A stretch of DNA of 64,000 nt from Candidatus Spongiisociaceae bacterium (GTDB lineage: Bacteria > Actinomycetota > Acidimicrobiia > Spongiisociales > Spongiisociaceae), in assembly GCA_965219685.1 (NCBI GenBank), contig CBDCOH010000002.1, positions 1,664,001-1,728,000 of the forward strand, in the 5' to 3' direction. This document shows positions 19,782-29,917 of this stretch, one piece after another. Numbering within the stretch: the stretch's first letter is position 1; every line of letters starts with the position of its first letter. The notes under the pieces were generated by a model that worked only from the letters and a program-made list of their open reading frames with translations, searched no databases and had not been told where the DNA came from. The translations under genes were made by a program, and so were the position numbers.

Positions 19782-20567
19782 TCACGGCGCGATCACCCCG
19801 TCCGGATAGCGATCGAAGACCTTCACATCGTGAATGGGCACGACGTGCTGTGCCGTATTCCGCACCCTTTCGTAGCATTCCAATGCTTCGTACATGTTCT
19901 CGCAGAGTCCGAGCATCTCACCGTCCTCCACGTTCTCGTAGAAGAAGTAGGAGTCCGAGATCGCCACAGTGCCCACCGCGGTGTCGACCTCGACCACGAT
20001 CGACTCGCGATGGTGCGCTCCCGACCACCAGGTTCGGAGTCCCGGCGCGATCTCGTCCTCATCCTCCAGCAGCCGTACCCGATCCCAACTGTCGGTGACC
20101 AGATCCACCAAGGTGTCCTTCGGTATCGACCTCCAGCGATCGTCGTGGGGGTGGTCATGGGTGGTGTGGAAGTGAATCCAGCCCCGCTTGGCAATGCAGA
20201 CCTGCGCAGTCCTGAACAGGTGAAGCGTGCCGGTGGTGTAGAGCTCCAGGGGAGTCAGCAGGAGGTGGGTTATGTCGTCAGGCGTCAAGCCGACGGTCTC
20301 CAGCGCGCCGGTCATGTAGTGCTCGGGTCGCCGTTTCAGGTCGCCTTTGGGAGCGTCGTGGAGGTAACGCATCAACGGCCATCCCTCCTCCACCATCGCG
20401 GTGTCGTCGGGCGGCGAGGCGTTCACGAGCGCAGTGATGTCACCCCCTTGTATAAGCGTGACGTTGAACCCCAACGGGTAGACATCGTCCCAACGGCTCA
20501 TCCAGAACACCTCTGGTCCCGCGATCAGCGACTCGCCAACGCTCAGGACCCGTACCGAAAACTCCAT
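19782..20567 (-). CDS. Metallo-beta-lactamase-fold (AHL-lactonase-like) protein with degenerate metal motif
   Basis: GLTPDDITHLLLT, EIAPGL...GAHH, AISD, PIHD follow the lactonase layout, but HxHxDH is absent. Confidence 0.65.
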   Translation of the reverse strand: MEFSVRVLSVGESLIAGPEVFWMSRWDDVYPLGFNVTLIQGGDITALVNASPPDDTAMVEEGWPLMRYLHDAPKGDLKRRPEHYMTGALETVGLTPDDITHLLLTPLELYTTGTLHLFRTAQVCIAKRGWIHFHTTHDHPHDDRWRSIPKDTLVDLVTDSWDRVRLLEDEDEIAPGLRTWWSGAHHRESIVVEVDTAVGTVAISDSYFFYENVEDGEMLGLCENMYEALECYERVRNTAQHVVPIHDVKVFDRYPDGVIAP

Positions 20568-20709
20568 GCTCTCTCCTCTCATGAGCGCCAGGTTCGCCGG
20601 GTGGACGCCAACCTCCCTCGGCCATCCCGGTGACTGTCAAAGAGTAGGTACCTCGCGTAGATCGGGTCGCCGGTTTTGGGGTTGCCGTGAACAACCCCCG
20701 CGTTCGGAC

Positions 20710-21636
20710 TCACACCCCGAAGGTCCACCCTTCGACCGCCTGGTGGATGGTTCCCCGGTGGATGCTCGCCATTGCCGCCAGTTCGTCCTCGTGAATCCCG
20801 GCGCTGATGCTCGGCCCGATATGCGTAAGCACCAGGTCATCCACACCGGCGTCGCGGGCCATCCGGGCCGCTCCTAGGGTCCCGGTCTGCCCGGTGGCCT
20901 CGCCGTTGGCAGCCATCACCTCTTCCTCGTCCCAGCACATGGAGATCAGGACATCTGCTCCCCTCGACAACTCGACGATCTCGTCGCAGGGTTCGGTGTC
21001 GCCCGTGTAGACGACCGAGCTGGAGCCGGCCGTGATCCGGTAGGCGTTGCAGTCGAGATACGGCTGGACGTGGCGAGCGAGGCCGGGAAGGAACTCGATA
21101 TCTCCGACGGTGAAGGGTTGGTCAGGATGCACCTCCTTCACTTCGGGTTCGGGTGGAAGGCGAGGTAGCTCCCCGCCACGGTTGACGAAGACGGCGTGGC
21201 TGGGCGGCGCCTCGATCCGGGCGTGGAGATCGGGCCAGAAGGCGCCGACATCCCGCCCGAACAGATTCTGGACGAAGCCGATCGTGGGGGGCGGGCCGCA
21301 AATCGAGAGCTCTTCGATGAGTCCGGCGCCCTGATCCCACCTGCTCAGGAAGAACCCGGGGAACCCGGCCGTGTGGTCGAAGTGGTGGTGGGTGAACACG
21401 ACGGCATCCACTTCCGTAGGTCCCAGGCCCGCTTCCACCAGGCGGCGGGTCGTTCCGGGACCCGAATCCACCAGCACCGTGGTGGTCCTGCTCCTCACCA
21501 GGATCGCCGTACCCCACCTTGACGGAGTAGGGGTGGGCGTCCCGGCCAGCAGAACAGTGACCGTCAGTCCGACGTCCGCTCCTTCGTCAGGAGTCCGGAG
21601 CGACAAGTCGGAGAGGTCGATCAACCGTCCGGCCAT
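20710..21636 (-). CDS. MBL-fold hydrolase, RNase Z/AtsA (ElaC)-like
   Basis: VDSGPG, THHHFDH, YTGDT, LVLTH. Confidence 0.85.
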   Translation of the reverse strand: MAGRLIDLSDLSLRTPDEGADVGLTVTVLLAGTPTPTPSRWGTAILVRSRTTTVLVDSGPGTTRRLVEAGLGPTEVDAVVFTHHHFDHTAGFPGFFLSRWDQGAGLIEELSICGPPPTIGFVQNLFGRDVGAFWPDLHARIEAPPSHAVFVNRGGELPRLPPEPEVKEVHPDQPFTVGDIEFLPGLARHVQPYLDCNAYRITAGSSSVVYTGDTEPCDEIVELSRGADVLISMCWDEEEVMAANGEATGQTGTLGAARMARDAGVDDLVLTHIGPSISAGIHEDELAAMASIHRGTIHQAVEGWTFGV

Positions 21637-21653
21637 ATCCGCTTCCTTCCTGG

Positions 21654-21792
21654 ATGACTAGTTCCTAGTCGATAGTCTGTAGTCGATAGTTGGTATCCGG
21701 AGGTTGCCGTTAGATCGGGTCGTCTACCATCCTCCCTAGTAGCGCGTCGTAGGGTGCGCGCCGTTCCGGTCGGATCCCGTGGAACTACTCAT
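21654..21792 (+). mobile_element. MITE-like element, short copy (139 bp)
   Basis: Ends ATGACTAGTTCC and GGAACTACTCAT, flanked by CTGG and CTAG; internal heptamer repeats; homologous to the 54339-54592 copy. Confidence 0.7.
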
Positions 21793-21926
21793 CTAGCGAC
21801 ACGCCGGTTGTCCCCACCACCTGCTTCGCCCGCGGTCGTGGGCCGGAACAGCCACCGCCCGGCCCGGTGAACCCATCGAAGTGTCCGCAGTGCCGCGAGC
21901 GCCTCAACGACGCACCCATGTTTGCG

Positions 21927-22928
21927 TCAGCCGCCGAACTCGGTGATGTCGACCGGTCTTGCTTCCTCGATCGACCTGTCCATCGCCAGTGCCGCAACCA
22001 GAGCGGCGCGCGCGTCGGCGAGCGTCAGCGGCCAGGCCCGCCCGTCCCGTACCCGGCTGAGGAAGAATGCGTCCTCCGAAGGCAGAGCCCCGTACGGAAC
22101 GTCGTTCGGGTACGAGTAGTAGCCGGAGTGGACGTGTTCGAGACCATCCACGCTGAACACCACGGCCGGTGAGTCACGGGACTCCACGTACGCGCTCCCC
22201 CGCGTTCCGAAGACTGCCAGGCGGTGGTCGCTGCGGAGTCCCGAGTCGAAGGGCAGGATCCAGTTGTGGTCGAGAGCGCCGACAGCCCCCGAGGCGAACC
22301 GCACGGTGGCCACCGCCGCATCCGGCCCCGGCCCGACAACGCCGTGTTGCGCAGCCTCCGCGTAGACGCGCTCGATATCCCCCACCAGCCACCTCATCAC
22401 GTCGAGGTCGTGGATCGCCATCTCCTGCGGTACCGTCGTACGTCCCGAGATGATCCGGCCCTCGTAGTCGGGCGCATTCCATCGAGCGGACAGGTGCACG
22501 ATCTCGCCGAGCCTTCCCTCCTCCACGGCCTGCCGGACCGCCACGTAGTTGGGATCGAAGCGCAGGGTATGCCCTATCACCAGGCTCCCGGCGGTTGACG
22601 CATCGAGGTCCATCATCCGGTCGGCGTCGGCGAGCGAGGAGGCGAACGGCTTCTCGCAGAAGACCTGCAACCCGCGGATCAGCCCCTGCTCGACCACCGG
22701 CAGGTGAACCTGCTGTGGAGTGCAGACCCAGAGCGCCTCGAGACCGTCGGTGTCGAGAGCGTCATCGAGGTCGACCGTGAACCGGGTCCCCGCAGGTACT
22801 CCTGAGGCCACTTCCCGATCCGTGTCACAGACCACGGCGAGGTCGGCCATCGGGTTGGCCGCCAGAATCCTGGCGTGTTCACGGCCGATCATGCCATGAC
22901 CGACGAGAGCACATCGGACTGCCTGCAT
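21927..22928 (-). CDS. Gfo/Idh/MocA family oxidoreductase (paralog of 2340-3335)
   Basis: GHGMIG, CEKP, GHTLRF, HDLD. Confidence 0.85.
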   Translation of the reverse strand: MQAVRCALVGHGMIGREHARILAANPMADLAVVCDTDREVASGVPAGTRFTVDLDDALDTDGLEALWVCTPQQVHLPVVEQGLIRGLQVFCEKPFASSLADADRMMDLDASTAGSLVIGHTLRFDPNYVAVRQAVEEGRLGEIVHLSARWNAPDYEGRIISGRTTVPQEMAIHDLDVMRWLVGDIERVYAEAAQHGVVGPGPDAAVATVRFASGAVGALDHNWILPFDSGLRSDHRLAVFGTRGSAYVESRDSPAVVFSVDGLEHVHSGYYSYPNDVPYGALPSEDAFFLSRVRDGRAWPLTLADARAALVAALAMDRSIEEARPVDITEFGG

Positions 22929-23181
22929 TCTGTCGTCCCCTCGTCGTCCGACCGTTTGTTCAGTAGCTGTTGATTCTAATGATGGTGGCCAGGACCTGAG
23001 GATTAGCCTTGAGGCTGACCCGAGCCGCGAGGACCGATGTACCGAATGCGAACCGAACCAGATTCCTCATGGCCTGGCATGGCCCGCATCCGTGCGATGA
23101 CCAAGGCCGATTTGGAGGAGATCTAGTGTCGCAGGGTCCGATCGAAGAGCGGGAGCGGATGGAGTGGGGAGGACCTAGCCG

Positions 23182-24033
23182 ATGAAACCTGCCCGGTTCC
23201 GGTACGCGAGACCGGGCTCCGTGGAGGAAGCTGTTCGCATGATCGCCGAAGCCGGCGCGTACGCCCAGCCACTCGCGGGAGGGCAGAGCCTGGTCCCGCT
23301 CCTGAACTTCCGCCTCGCGCACCCCGGCCTGCTGGTGGATCTCAACTTCCTCGATCAGCTGACATATATCACGGAGGACGACGGGTGGCTTCTCCTCGGG
23401 TCGATGGTGCGGCTCCGAGCGGCCGAGACCTCGGCAGTTGTTGCATCTGCCTGCCCACTTCTCGCCGCGGCTCTGAGCCACGTCGGGCATCTGCAGATCA
23501 GGAACCGCGGCACGGTCGGGGGAAGCGTCGCACACGCCGACCCGGCGGCCGAACTGCCCGCGTTGATGGTGGGGCTCGGGGGGCAGATCGTCGTGCAGAG
23601 TGTCAGAGGGCAACGTGTCATAGAAGCGGCGGACTTCTTCCTGGACCCGTTCCTAACTTCCCTGGCGAGTGACGAGTTGGTCGTGGAACTCAGGCTTCCT
23701 AAGTTTCCAGGTGACCGAACGTCCTTCATTGAGTTCTCACAGCGATCCGGAGACTTCGCTCTTGCCGGCGTCGGAGTGTCCATCTCTTTCGATCGCGGTT
23801 ACGTAACGGGTGTCCGCATGGGCGCATTTGGAGTCGGTCCGACGCCGATCAGGCTCAGGCAAGCTGAACAAGTGCTCGCTGGCAGCCCCTTGTCCGATGA
23901 AGTGATCGAGAACGCCGCAGCCGTCGCCAGTCGTGAAGTCGAACCGCTCGAGGACATCCATGGCGACAGCACCTACCGAAGAGAGCTGCTCGCCGTTCTC
24001 CTCTCACGTTCCCTCAAGGAGGTGAGTGCATGA
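23182..24033 (+). CDS. Xanthine dehydrogenase/CoxM-like FAD subunit
   Basis: MKPARF, LAGGQSL, IRNRGTVGGS, ADPAAELP. Confidence 0.9.
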   Translation: MKPARFRYARPGSVEEAVRMIAEAGAYAQPLAGGQSLVPLLNFRLAHPGLLVDLNFLDQLTYITEDDGWLLLGSMVRLRAAETSAVVASACPLLAAALSHVGHLQIRNRGTVGGSVAHADPAAELPALMVGLGGQIVVQSVRGQRVIEAADFFLDPFLTSLASDELVVELRLPKFPGDRTSFIEFSQRSGDFALAGVGVSISFDRGYVTGVRMGAFGVGPTPIRLRQAEQVLAGSPLSDEVIENAAAVASREVEPLEDIHGDSTYRRELLAVLLSRSLKEVSA

Positions 24034-24527
24034 ACGACCAGAATGAAGACGGCAGGGGCCTCGGTGTCGAAGAACTGGACATCACGTTGGATGTCAACGG
24101 CGAAACGGCCAGTTCCACCGTGCCGGTCAGAATGCTCCTGTCCGACTTCCTCCGCGATGAGCTGGGCCTGCGCGGTGTCCGAGTCGGGTGCGAACACGGA
24201 GTCTGCGGAGCTTGCACCGTCGTGCTCGATGGCGCCGCGGTCCGTTCCTGCATCCTGCTGGCCGTACAAGCCGACGGCGCAGCCGTGACAACAATCGAGG
24301 GTTTGACACCTGACACCGGCCTCGGTGTTCTCCAACAGGCATTCAGAGACAATGACGGCCTGCAGTGCGGGTTCTGTACGTCTGGTTTCATCGTGACCCT
24401 TTCGTCCCTCGACCCGGACGACTTTCCGGGAGAAGACGGGATAGTGGAAGCGATATCGGGCAACCTCTGCCGATGCACGGGCTATCGAGGCATAGTGGAC
24501 GCCGTTCGGTCTGCCTGGGGAAGGTAG
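24030..24527 (+). CDS. CoxS-like (2Fe-2S) subunit
   Basis: GCEHGVCGACT, QCGFC, GNLCRCTGY. Confidence 0.92.
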   Translation: MNDQNEDGRGLGVEELDITLDVNGETASSTVPVRMLLSDFLRDELGLRGVRVGCEHGVCGACTVVLDGAAVRSCILLAVQADGAAVTTIEGLTPDTGLGVLQQAFRDNDGLQCGFCTSGFIVTLSSLDPDDFPGEDGIVEAISGNLCRCTGYRGIVDAVRSAWGR

Positions 24528-24637
24528 CTGCCTCGTAACCCGCCGAGGGGTGCGTGATAAGCTCCGGCCGGTATCGGCCACCAGTCCATCCCGCCGAATC
24601 CATCCGGCAATGTCAGGCCGATTCAGAGGGAGGAATC

Positions 24638-25855
24638 ATGGAAATGCACCGTATCCGGCAGATGCTCATCCTGTTGGCGTGCTTCATGCTGGTGGCGACG
24701 GCCTGCGGCGACGACGGTGATGCCGGCACTACCACCGCCGCGCCCGCCACGACCGCGGCCCCCGCCACAACGGCAGCCCCCGCGACGACCGCGGCCCCCA
24801 CAACAACGGCAGCCCCCGCGACCACGGCGGCACCCGCCCCGGAGGAGACCTCCGAACCGCTGAAGGTCGCCTTCATCCTCCTAGGAAACCCGGCCGACGG
24901 CGGGTGGAATCTGGGCCACGACCTCGGTCGGCAAGCAGTGGAAGCCGCGTTCGGCGACCGCGTGGAGACCACGGTGAAGGAGAGCGTCCCCGAGTCGCCT
25001 CAGGTCGTCCAGGTGATCGACGATCTCGTCGCCGACGGAAACACGATGATCTTCGGGACATCGTTCGGCTACATGGATTTCATGCTGGAGGCAGCCGAGA
25101 AGTACCCGGATGTGATATTCGAGCATGCGACGGGCTACAAGACAGCGCCGAACATGGCCAATTACACCGGCGCCCAGGAGGATTCCAAGTATCTCGCCGG
25201 CATGGCGGCGGGAGCGGCATCCGAAAGCGGCAAGCTCGGATATGTGGCCCCGTTCGCCATCCCCCTCATCATCAAGGCTGTCAACGCGTGGGCGCTGGGC
25301 GCTCAGGCCATCAATCCGGACGCCACGGTCGAGGTCGTGTGGCTCAACTCCTGGTTCGATCCCGCGGCGGAACGCCAGGCTGCCGAAAGCCTGATCGCCG
25401 ACGGCGCCGACGTGGTCGGCCACAGCCAGGACACGCCGTCCGCTTGCCAGGCAGCCGAAGCGGCAGGCGTGTACTGCACGGGCAACACGATCGATCAGGG
25501 CGAGTTCACACCCGGTGCCTGGCTCACCGGTGACGTGATCAATTGGGGCACCTATTACGTCCTGAGAGTCGGCCAAGTACTCGACGGAACCTGGGAGACG
25601 GGCGCGTTCTACGGGACGATGGCTGACGGTGTCATGGAGATAGCTCCGTTCGGCGAAGCCGTGGATGATGACACTCGAGCATTGATCAACGACGCCCGAG
25701 ACCGTATCGCTGACACGAGCTTCTCATACTTCGTCGGTCCGATCCGCGATCAATCGGGTGAGCTACGCGTTCCGGACGGAACCCCGATGACTTTCGAGGA
25801 GATCGTCACCATGGATTGGTTCGTTGAAGGAATACTCGGTAGCCCGACAGGTTGA
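24638..25855 (+). CDS. BMP family (purine/nucleoside-type) ABC substrate-binding lipoprotein
   Basis: Lipobox ATAC, (TTAAPA)n linker, DGGWN, TSFGYMD, WFDP. Confidence 0.88.
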   Translation: MEMHRIRQMLILLACFMLVATACGDDGDAGTTTAAPATTAAPATTAAPATTAAPTTTAAPATTAAPAPEETSEPLKVAFILLGNPADGGWNLGHDLGRQAVEAAFGDRVETTVKESVPESPQVVQVIDDLVADGNTMIFGTSFGYMDFMLEAAEKYPDVIFEHATGYKTAPNMANYTGAQEDSKYLAGMAAGAASESGKLGYVAPFAIPLIIKAVNAWALGAQAINPDATVEVVWLNSWFDPAAERQAAESLIADGADVVGHSQDTPSACQAAEAAGVYCTGNTIDQGEFTPGAWLTGDVINWGTYYVLRVGQVLDGTWETGAFYGTMADGVMEIAPFGEAVDDDTRALINDARDRIADTSFSYFVGPIRDQSGELRVPDGTPMTFEEIVTMDWFVEGILGSPTG

Positions 25856-25911
25856 TATAGCGCGTTCCCAGACACCGCGCACCGATCGTTCGACCTAGGC
25901 ACGACGGTCCT

Positions 25912-27468
25912 GTGGTTGAGACGCGAGCATCGAGCGCTGCCGGAGACGATGAACTCGCGTTACAACTGGAAGGAGTAACCAAACGCTTTCCGCGTGTGGT
26001 CGCGAACGACCGAGTCGACCTCGATGTCCGCCGTGGCGAGGTTCATGCTCTTCTTGGCCAGAACGGCGCCGGAAAGTCGACGCTGGCGCACATTGTCAGC
26101 GGTCTCTACCGCCCCGACCAAGGCGTCATACGGCTGTTCGGGAAACGGATGGAGATCAGGTCACCCGGCGAAGCGCTGGACATTGGCATCGGCATGGTGC
26201 ATCAACACTTCAGGCTGGTCCCCTCCCTCACCGTTGCGGAGAATGTCGTGCTCGGTCACGAGAAGGCCGGGCGTCTGTTCACGCTCACCGAGCGTGACCT
26301 TCGATCACGCGTCGCAGACCTGTCGGCGGAGCACAACCTGCCCGTCGACCCCGGCACTCCCGTCTGGCAACTCTCCATCGGCGAGCAGCAGCGTGTGGAG
26401 TTGTTGAAGGCCCTCTACCGGCAGGCACGAATCCTCATTCTCGACGAGCCGACGGCCGTCTTGACGCCACAGGAGACGGACTCTCTCTTCGACACGGTTC
26501 GTCAGATGGTGGACGGGGGCAGATCGGTCATCCTGATCTCGCACAAGCTGGACGAGGTCTTGGCGGTGTCCGATCGGATCACCGTGCTCAGGGACGGGAA
26601 AAAGGTCGGCACCTGGCGGACGGCCGATGTCGACGCGCGCGCCCTCTCACGAATGATGGTCGGTCGGGACATTGATCTGTCTCGCAAGCCTCCTGAAGGC
26701 GTGCGTCCACCGGGCGCGACCCCTGTGATCGAACTGTGCGGGGTGAGCGCAGACGGGGATCGCGGCGGCCCGGTGCTCCATGACATCTCGCTCCAGGTAC
26801 GCGAAGGCGAGATCCTAGGGGTCGCCGGCGTGGCCGGCAACGGTCAGAGAGAACTCGCGGAGGTGATAGCCGGACTCCGCCGGCCCTCGGCGGGAACGAT
26901 TCGCATCCGGGGAAAGGACTGCATCTTCCACGCGCCCAAGGACGCGATCATGCTTGGAATCGGCTACGTACCGGACGACCGTCTCGGAACGGGTCTCGCG
27001 CCCAACGTCACGGTCGCAGAGAACCTGGCCTTGAAGGCATACTCGCGGGAGCCATTCTCCTGGGGTCCCTTCCTGAGCCGGGAACAGATCGGCGCGCACG
27101 CGCGCGTTCTGATGGAACAGTACGACGTCAGGGGTGGAACGGACAGGTCCCCCGTCCGCTCACTATCCGGCGGGAACATTCAGAAGCTGCTTCTCGCCCG
27201 CGAGATCGCCAGCCGGCCTGAGGCTCTCGTAGCAGTGTCCCCCACGCGCGGTCTCGACATCGCAGCCACGCAGTCCGTACGTACGTTGATCGCCGAGTTG
27301 GCGACATCAGGGAGGGCGATCCTGCTGATCAGCGAGGACCTGGATGAGATCCTGACACTCGCTGATCGGATCACCGTTCTCTACGAAGGACGGATCGTGG
27401 GAACGGCAGACCCGTCAACCGTAAAGGTCGAGGAACTCGGCTTGATGATGGCCGGAGCGTCCGAGTGA
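25912..27468 (+). CDS. Nucleoside-type ABC ATPase (two ABC domains)
   Basis: GQNGAGKST, LDEPT, GVAGNGQ, LSGGNIQK, PTRGLD. Confidence 0.9.
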   Translation: MVETRASSAAGDDELALQLEGVTKRFPRVVANDRVDLDVRRGEVHALLGQNGAGKSTLAHIVSGLYRPDQGVIRLFGKRMEIRSPGEALDIGIGMVHQHFRLVPSLTVAENVVLGHEKAGRLFTLTERDLRSRVADLSAEHNLPVDPGTPVWQLSIGEQQRVELLKALYRQARILILDEPTAVLTPQETDSLFDTVRQMVDGGRSVILISHKLDEVLAVSDRITVLRDGKKVGTWRTADVDARALSRMMVGRDIDLSRKPPEGVRPPGATPVIELCGVSADGDRGGPVLHDISLQVREGEILGVAGVAGNGQRELAEVIAGLRRPSAGTIRIRGKDCIFHAPKDAIMLGIGYVPDDRLGTGLAPNVTVAENLALKAYSREPFSWGPFLSREQIGAHARVLMEQYDVRGGTDRSPVRSLSGGNIQKLLLAREIASRPEALVAVSPTRGLDIAATQSVRTLIAELATSGRAILLISEDLDEILTLADRITVLYEGRIVGTADPSTVKVEELGLMMAGASE

Positions 27469-28787
27469 GGTTCACCAGACGGCTGCACACCCCGTGGTGG
27501 TTACCGATCACGGTTCCCATCGGCTCGGTGACGGCGGCGTTCCTGGTCGGAGCAGCCGTGCTGCTGGTCACCGGCCACAACCCGGTGGACACGTACATCC
27601 GGTTGTTCGAACGAGGATTCCTTTCCGAGAACGCCCTCTCGTCGACTCTCCGTTCCGCCACTCCCCTGGTCTTCACCGGCCTGGCGGCTGCCGCGGCTTT
27701 TCGGATGCGCCTGTGGAACATCGGCGGCGAGGGCCAGCTCTACATGGGGGCGATCGGCGCCTCAGGGATAGGACTCGCCCTCGACGGCACCGCTCCCATC
27801 GTGGTGATACCGGCCATGATCCTGGGCGGGGCGGTGTTCGGCGCCCTGTGGGCTTTCGTCCCCGGGATCCTGCGGTCGCGGTTCAACACCAACGAGATCA
27901 TCACCAGTCTCATGCTGAACTACGTCGCCGGCCTGGTCCTCGCCTATCTGGTGCTCGGCAGCATGTCACCCTGGCGCGACCAATCCCCCGGAACGACCTT
28001 CCCTCTGGGTGCGCGGCTCTCCGATTCCGCGTCCTGGCCCCAGTTTCTCACGGGGTTGCCTCTGCTGGTGGCAGTACCGGTCTCTCTGGGAGTCGTCGCC
28101 GGCGTAGCCGCCTGGATGAGGCACCGGACGCGGGGCCGCACGCTCAAGGCGAACGTGGTCGTCATCTCGGCCGTAGCAGTAGCCGCTCTGCTACTTGTGG
28201 GAGTTGTTGCAGATGGCCCCGCGATCACCGTCCCATTCGGGATGGTGCTGGGAGTGGCGACCGCGATCGTGGTCTGGGTTCTGTACCGGGAGACGAAGTT
28301 CGGTTTCGAAGTCCGCGTTATCAGCGACTCGCCGGCGGCTGCACGCTACGGCGGGATGGACACCGGCCGCAAGATCGTGGTTGTGATGCTGCTCGCCGGC
28401 GGACTGGCCGGGCTGGGCGGCGCCAGCCAGGTGGGTGACTTCTCCCACCTGCTCGACCCCTACGGCCTACCGCAGAGCGTGTACGGGTACACGGGAATCG
28501 TGGTGGCTGCCCTGAGCGCCAATGGTCCGCTGGGGGTGATCCTGTCCGCGTTCCTCCTCGGAGGACTGAGCAACGCGGGCTTCAGCTTGCGAGGACTCGA
28601 CTTCCCACTCGGTCTCGTAGGCATCCTGCAGGGACTGATTCTCTTCTTCGCGATCGGCGGAACCGTTCTGGTCCGCTACCGGGTGCGCTTCGGAGTACGA
28701 CGGGCCACCGGGGAGGAGTCGCCCGAACAGCACGAGCCGGATGGATCCGCCTTGGCCGGCGCCGGAACCGGGGGCGGTGGACAGTGA
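27465..28787 (+). CDS. Nucleoside-type ABC permease
   Basis: WNIGGEGQ, NEIITSLMLNY, GYTGIVVA. Confidence 0.88.
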   Translation: MRFTRRLHTPWWLPITVPIGSVTAAFLVGAAVLLVTGHNPVDTYIRLFERGFLSENALSSTLRSATPLVFTGLAAAAAFRMRLWNIGGEGQLYMGAIGASGIGLALDGTAPIVVIPAMILGGAVFGALWAFVPGILRSRFNTNEIITSLMLNYVAGLVLAYLVLGSMSPWRDQSPGTTFPLGARLSDSASWPQFLTGLPLLVAVPVSLGVVAGVAAWMRHRTRGRTLKANVVVISAVAVAALLLVGVVADGPAITVPFGMVLGVATAIVVWVLYRETKFGFEVRVISDSPAAARYGGMDTGRKIVVVMLLAGGLAGLGGASQVGDFSHLLDPYGLPQSVYGYTGIVVAALSANGPLGVILSAFLLGGLSNAGFSLRGLDFPLGLVGILQGLILFFAIGGTVLVRYRVRFGVRRATGEESPEQHEPDGSALAGAGTGGGGQ

Positions 28788-29740
28788 ACGAGAACATCGC
28801 CGTCGTGATCCTGGCATCGGCAGTGTTCTACGGCACGCCACTCCTATACGCGGCACTCGGAGAGGTACTCGCGGAGCGGTCAGGCGTGCTGAACCTGGGC
28901 CTGGAGGGGATGATGCTTATGGGGGCGGTGATGGGGTTCTGGACGGTTCAGTACGTGGACGGCCCCGGATGGCTGGTCCTATCCGGCGCCGTACTGGTAG
29001 CAGCAGCCGCCGGAGCGGCCACCGCCCTGATACACGCCGTCCTGGTGATCACCCTCCGCGCCAACCAGATCGTGTCGGGCATCGCCCTGACGATCTTCGC
29101 CGGCGTGATAGGCCTGTCGTCCTACATCGGCACGCGGGCCGGCGTTGGAGGCGCTCCCCTCGCCCACCACTTCCGGCCCCTGAACCTGTTCGGGCTCAAG
29201 GACTTTCCCATCCTGGGGCCGATCCTCTTCGACCAGCATGCTCTCGTCTACCTGTCATGGCTACTGGTCGTCGCCGCAACCTGGTACATCTACCGCACGA
29301 GCCTCGGGCTCAGGCTGCGGTCCGTGGGGGATGCTCCCGAGACGGCGGACGCCGCCGGAATCAACGTGACGAAGTATCGCTACCTGCACACGGTCGCAGG
29401 CGGTGCCTTCGCAGGCATAGGCGGGTCGGTATTCAGCCTCGCCATCGCCCTCAACTGGCTGGACGGTATGACCGCGGGCGCCGGGTGGATCGCGATCGCG
29501 CTGGTCATCTTCGGTTTCTGGCGTCCCATCCCCGTCATGGTCGGCGCTTACTTCTTCGGTGGTCTCTCAGGCCTGGCCTTTGTGCTCCAGACGCGCCAAG
29601 TCCGCCTACCGCCCGAGATGTTCGCCTCGCTCCCCTACTTGATGACCATCGTGGTGCTTGCGGTCGTGTCGTCGGGATGGGCACGCCGCCGTTCCACAGC
29701 TCCCGCGGCGCTCGGTACTCCCTACCTGCGGGAGACATAG
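28784..29740 (+). CDS. Nucleoside-type ABC permease
   Basis: ERSGVLNLGLEG, GWIAIA, LPY, PAALG. Confidence 0.88.
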   Translation: MNENIAVVILASAVFYGTPLLYAALGEVLAERSGVLNLGLEGMMLMGAVMGFWTVQYVDGPGWLVLSGAVLVAAAAGAATALIHAVLVITLRANQIVSGIALTIFAGVIGLSSYIGTRAGVGGAPLAHHFRPLNLFGLKDFPILGPILFDQHALVYLSWLLVVAATWYIYRTSLGLRLRSVGDAPETADAAGINVTKYRYLHTVAGGAFAGIGGSVFSLAIALNWLDGMTAGAGWIAIALVIFGFWRPIPVMVGAYFFGGLSGLAFVLQTRQVRLPPEMFASLPYLMTIVVLAVVSSGWARRRSTAPAALGTPYLRET

Positions 29741-29741
29741 T

Positions 29742-29790
29742 TGGTGAGTGGTGAGTGGTGAATGGTGAGTGGTGAATGGTGAGTGGTGAA
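29742..29790 (+). repeat. Heptamer tandem repeat (TGGTGAR)x7
   Basis: Read directly from the sequence, starting just after the permease stop codon. Confidence 0.9.
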
Positions 29791-29917
29791 TGGTTGGTAG
29801 GACGGTGGTTAGCGCTTGAGGGTTTCTTTCTCGCTGGGGTGCAAGCATCGGCGGTCGTGTAGACCGGATGGGGAATCTACGGGGAGCCGGATGGGCCGGG
29901 AGGGAGTTCTCCCGCTG

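Noticed and set aside
20710-21636. Housekeeping RNase Z (rnz)
   Set aside because: The catabolic operon context favours a small-molecule hydrolase, so no gene symbol was assigned.
29742-29790. Possible CRISPR array
   Set aside because: 7-nt units with no spacers, and no cas genes in the window.
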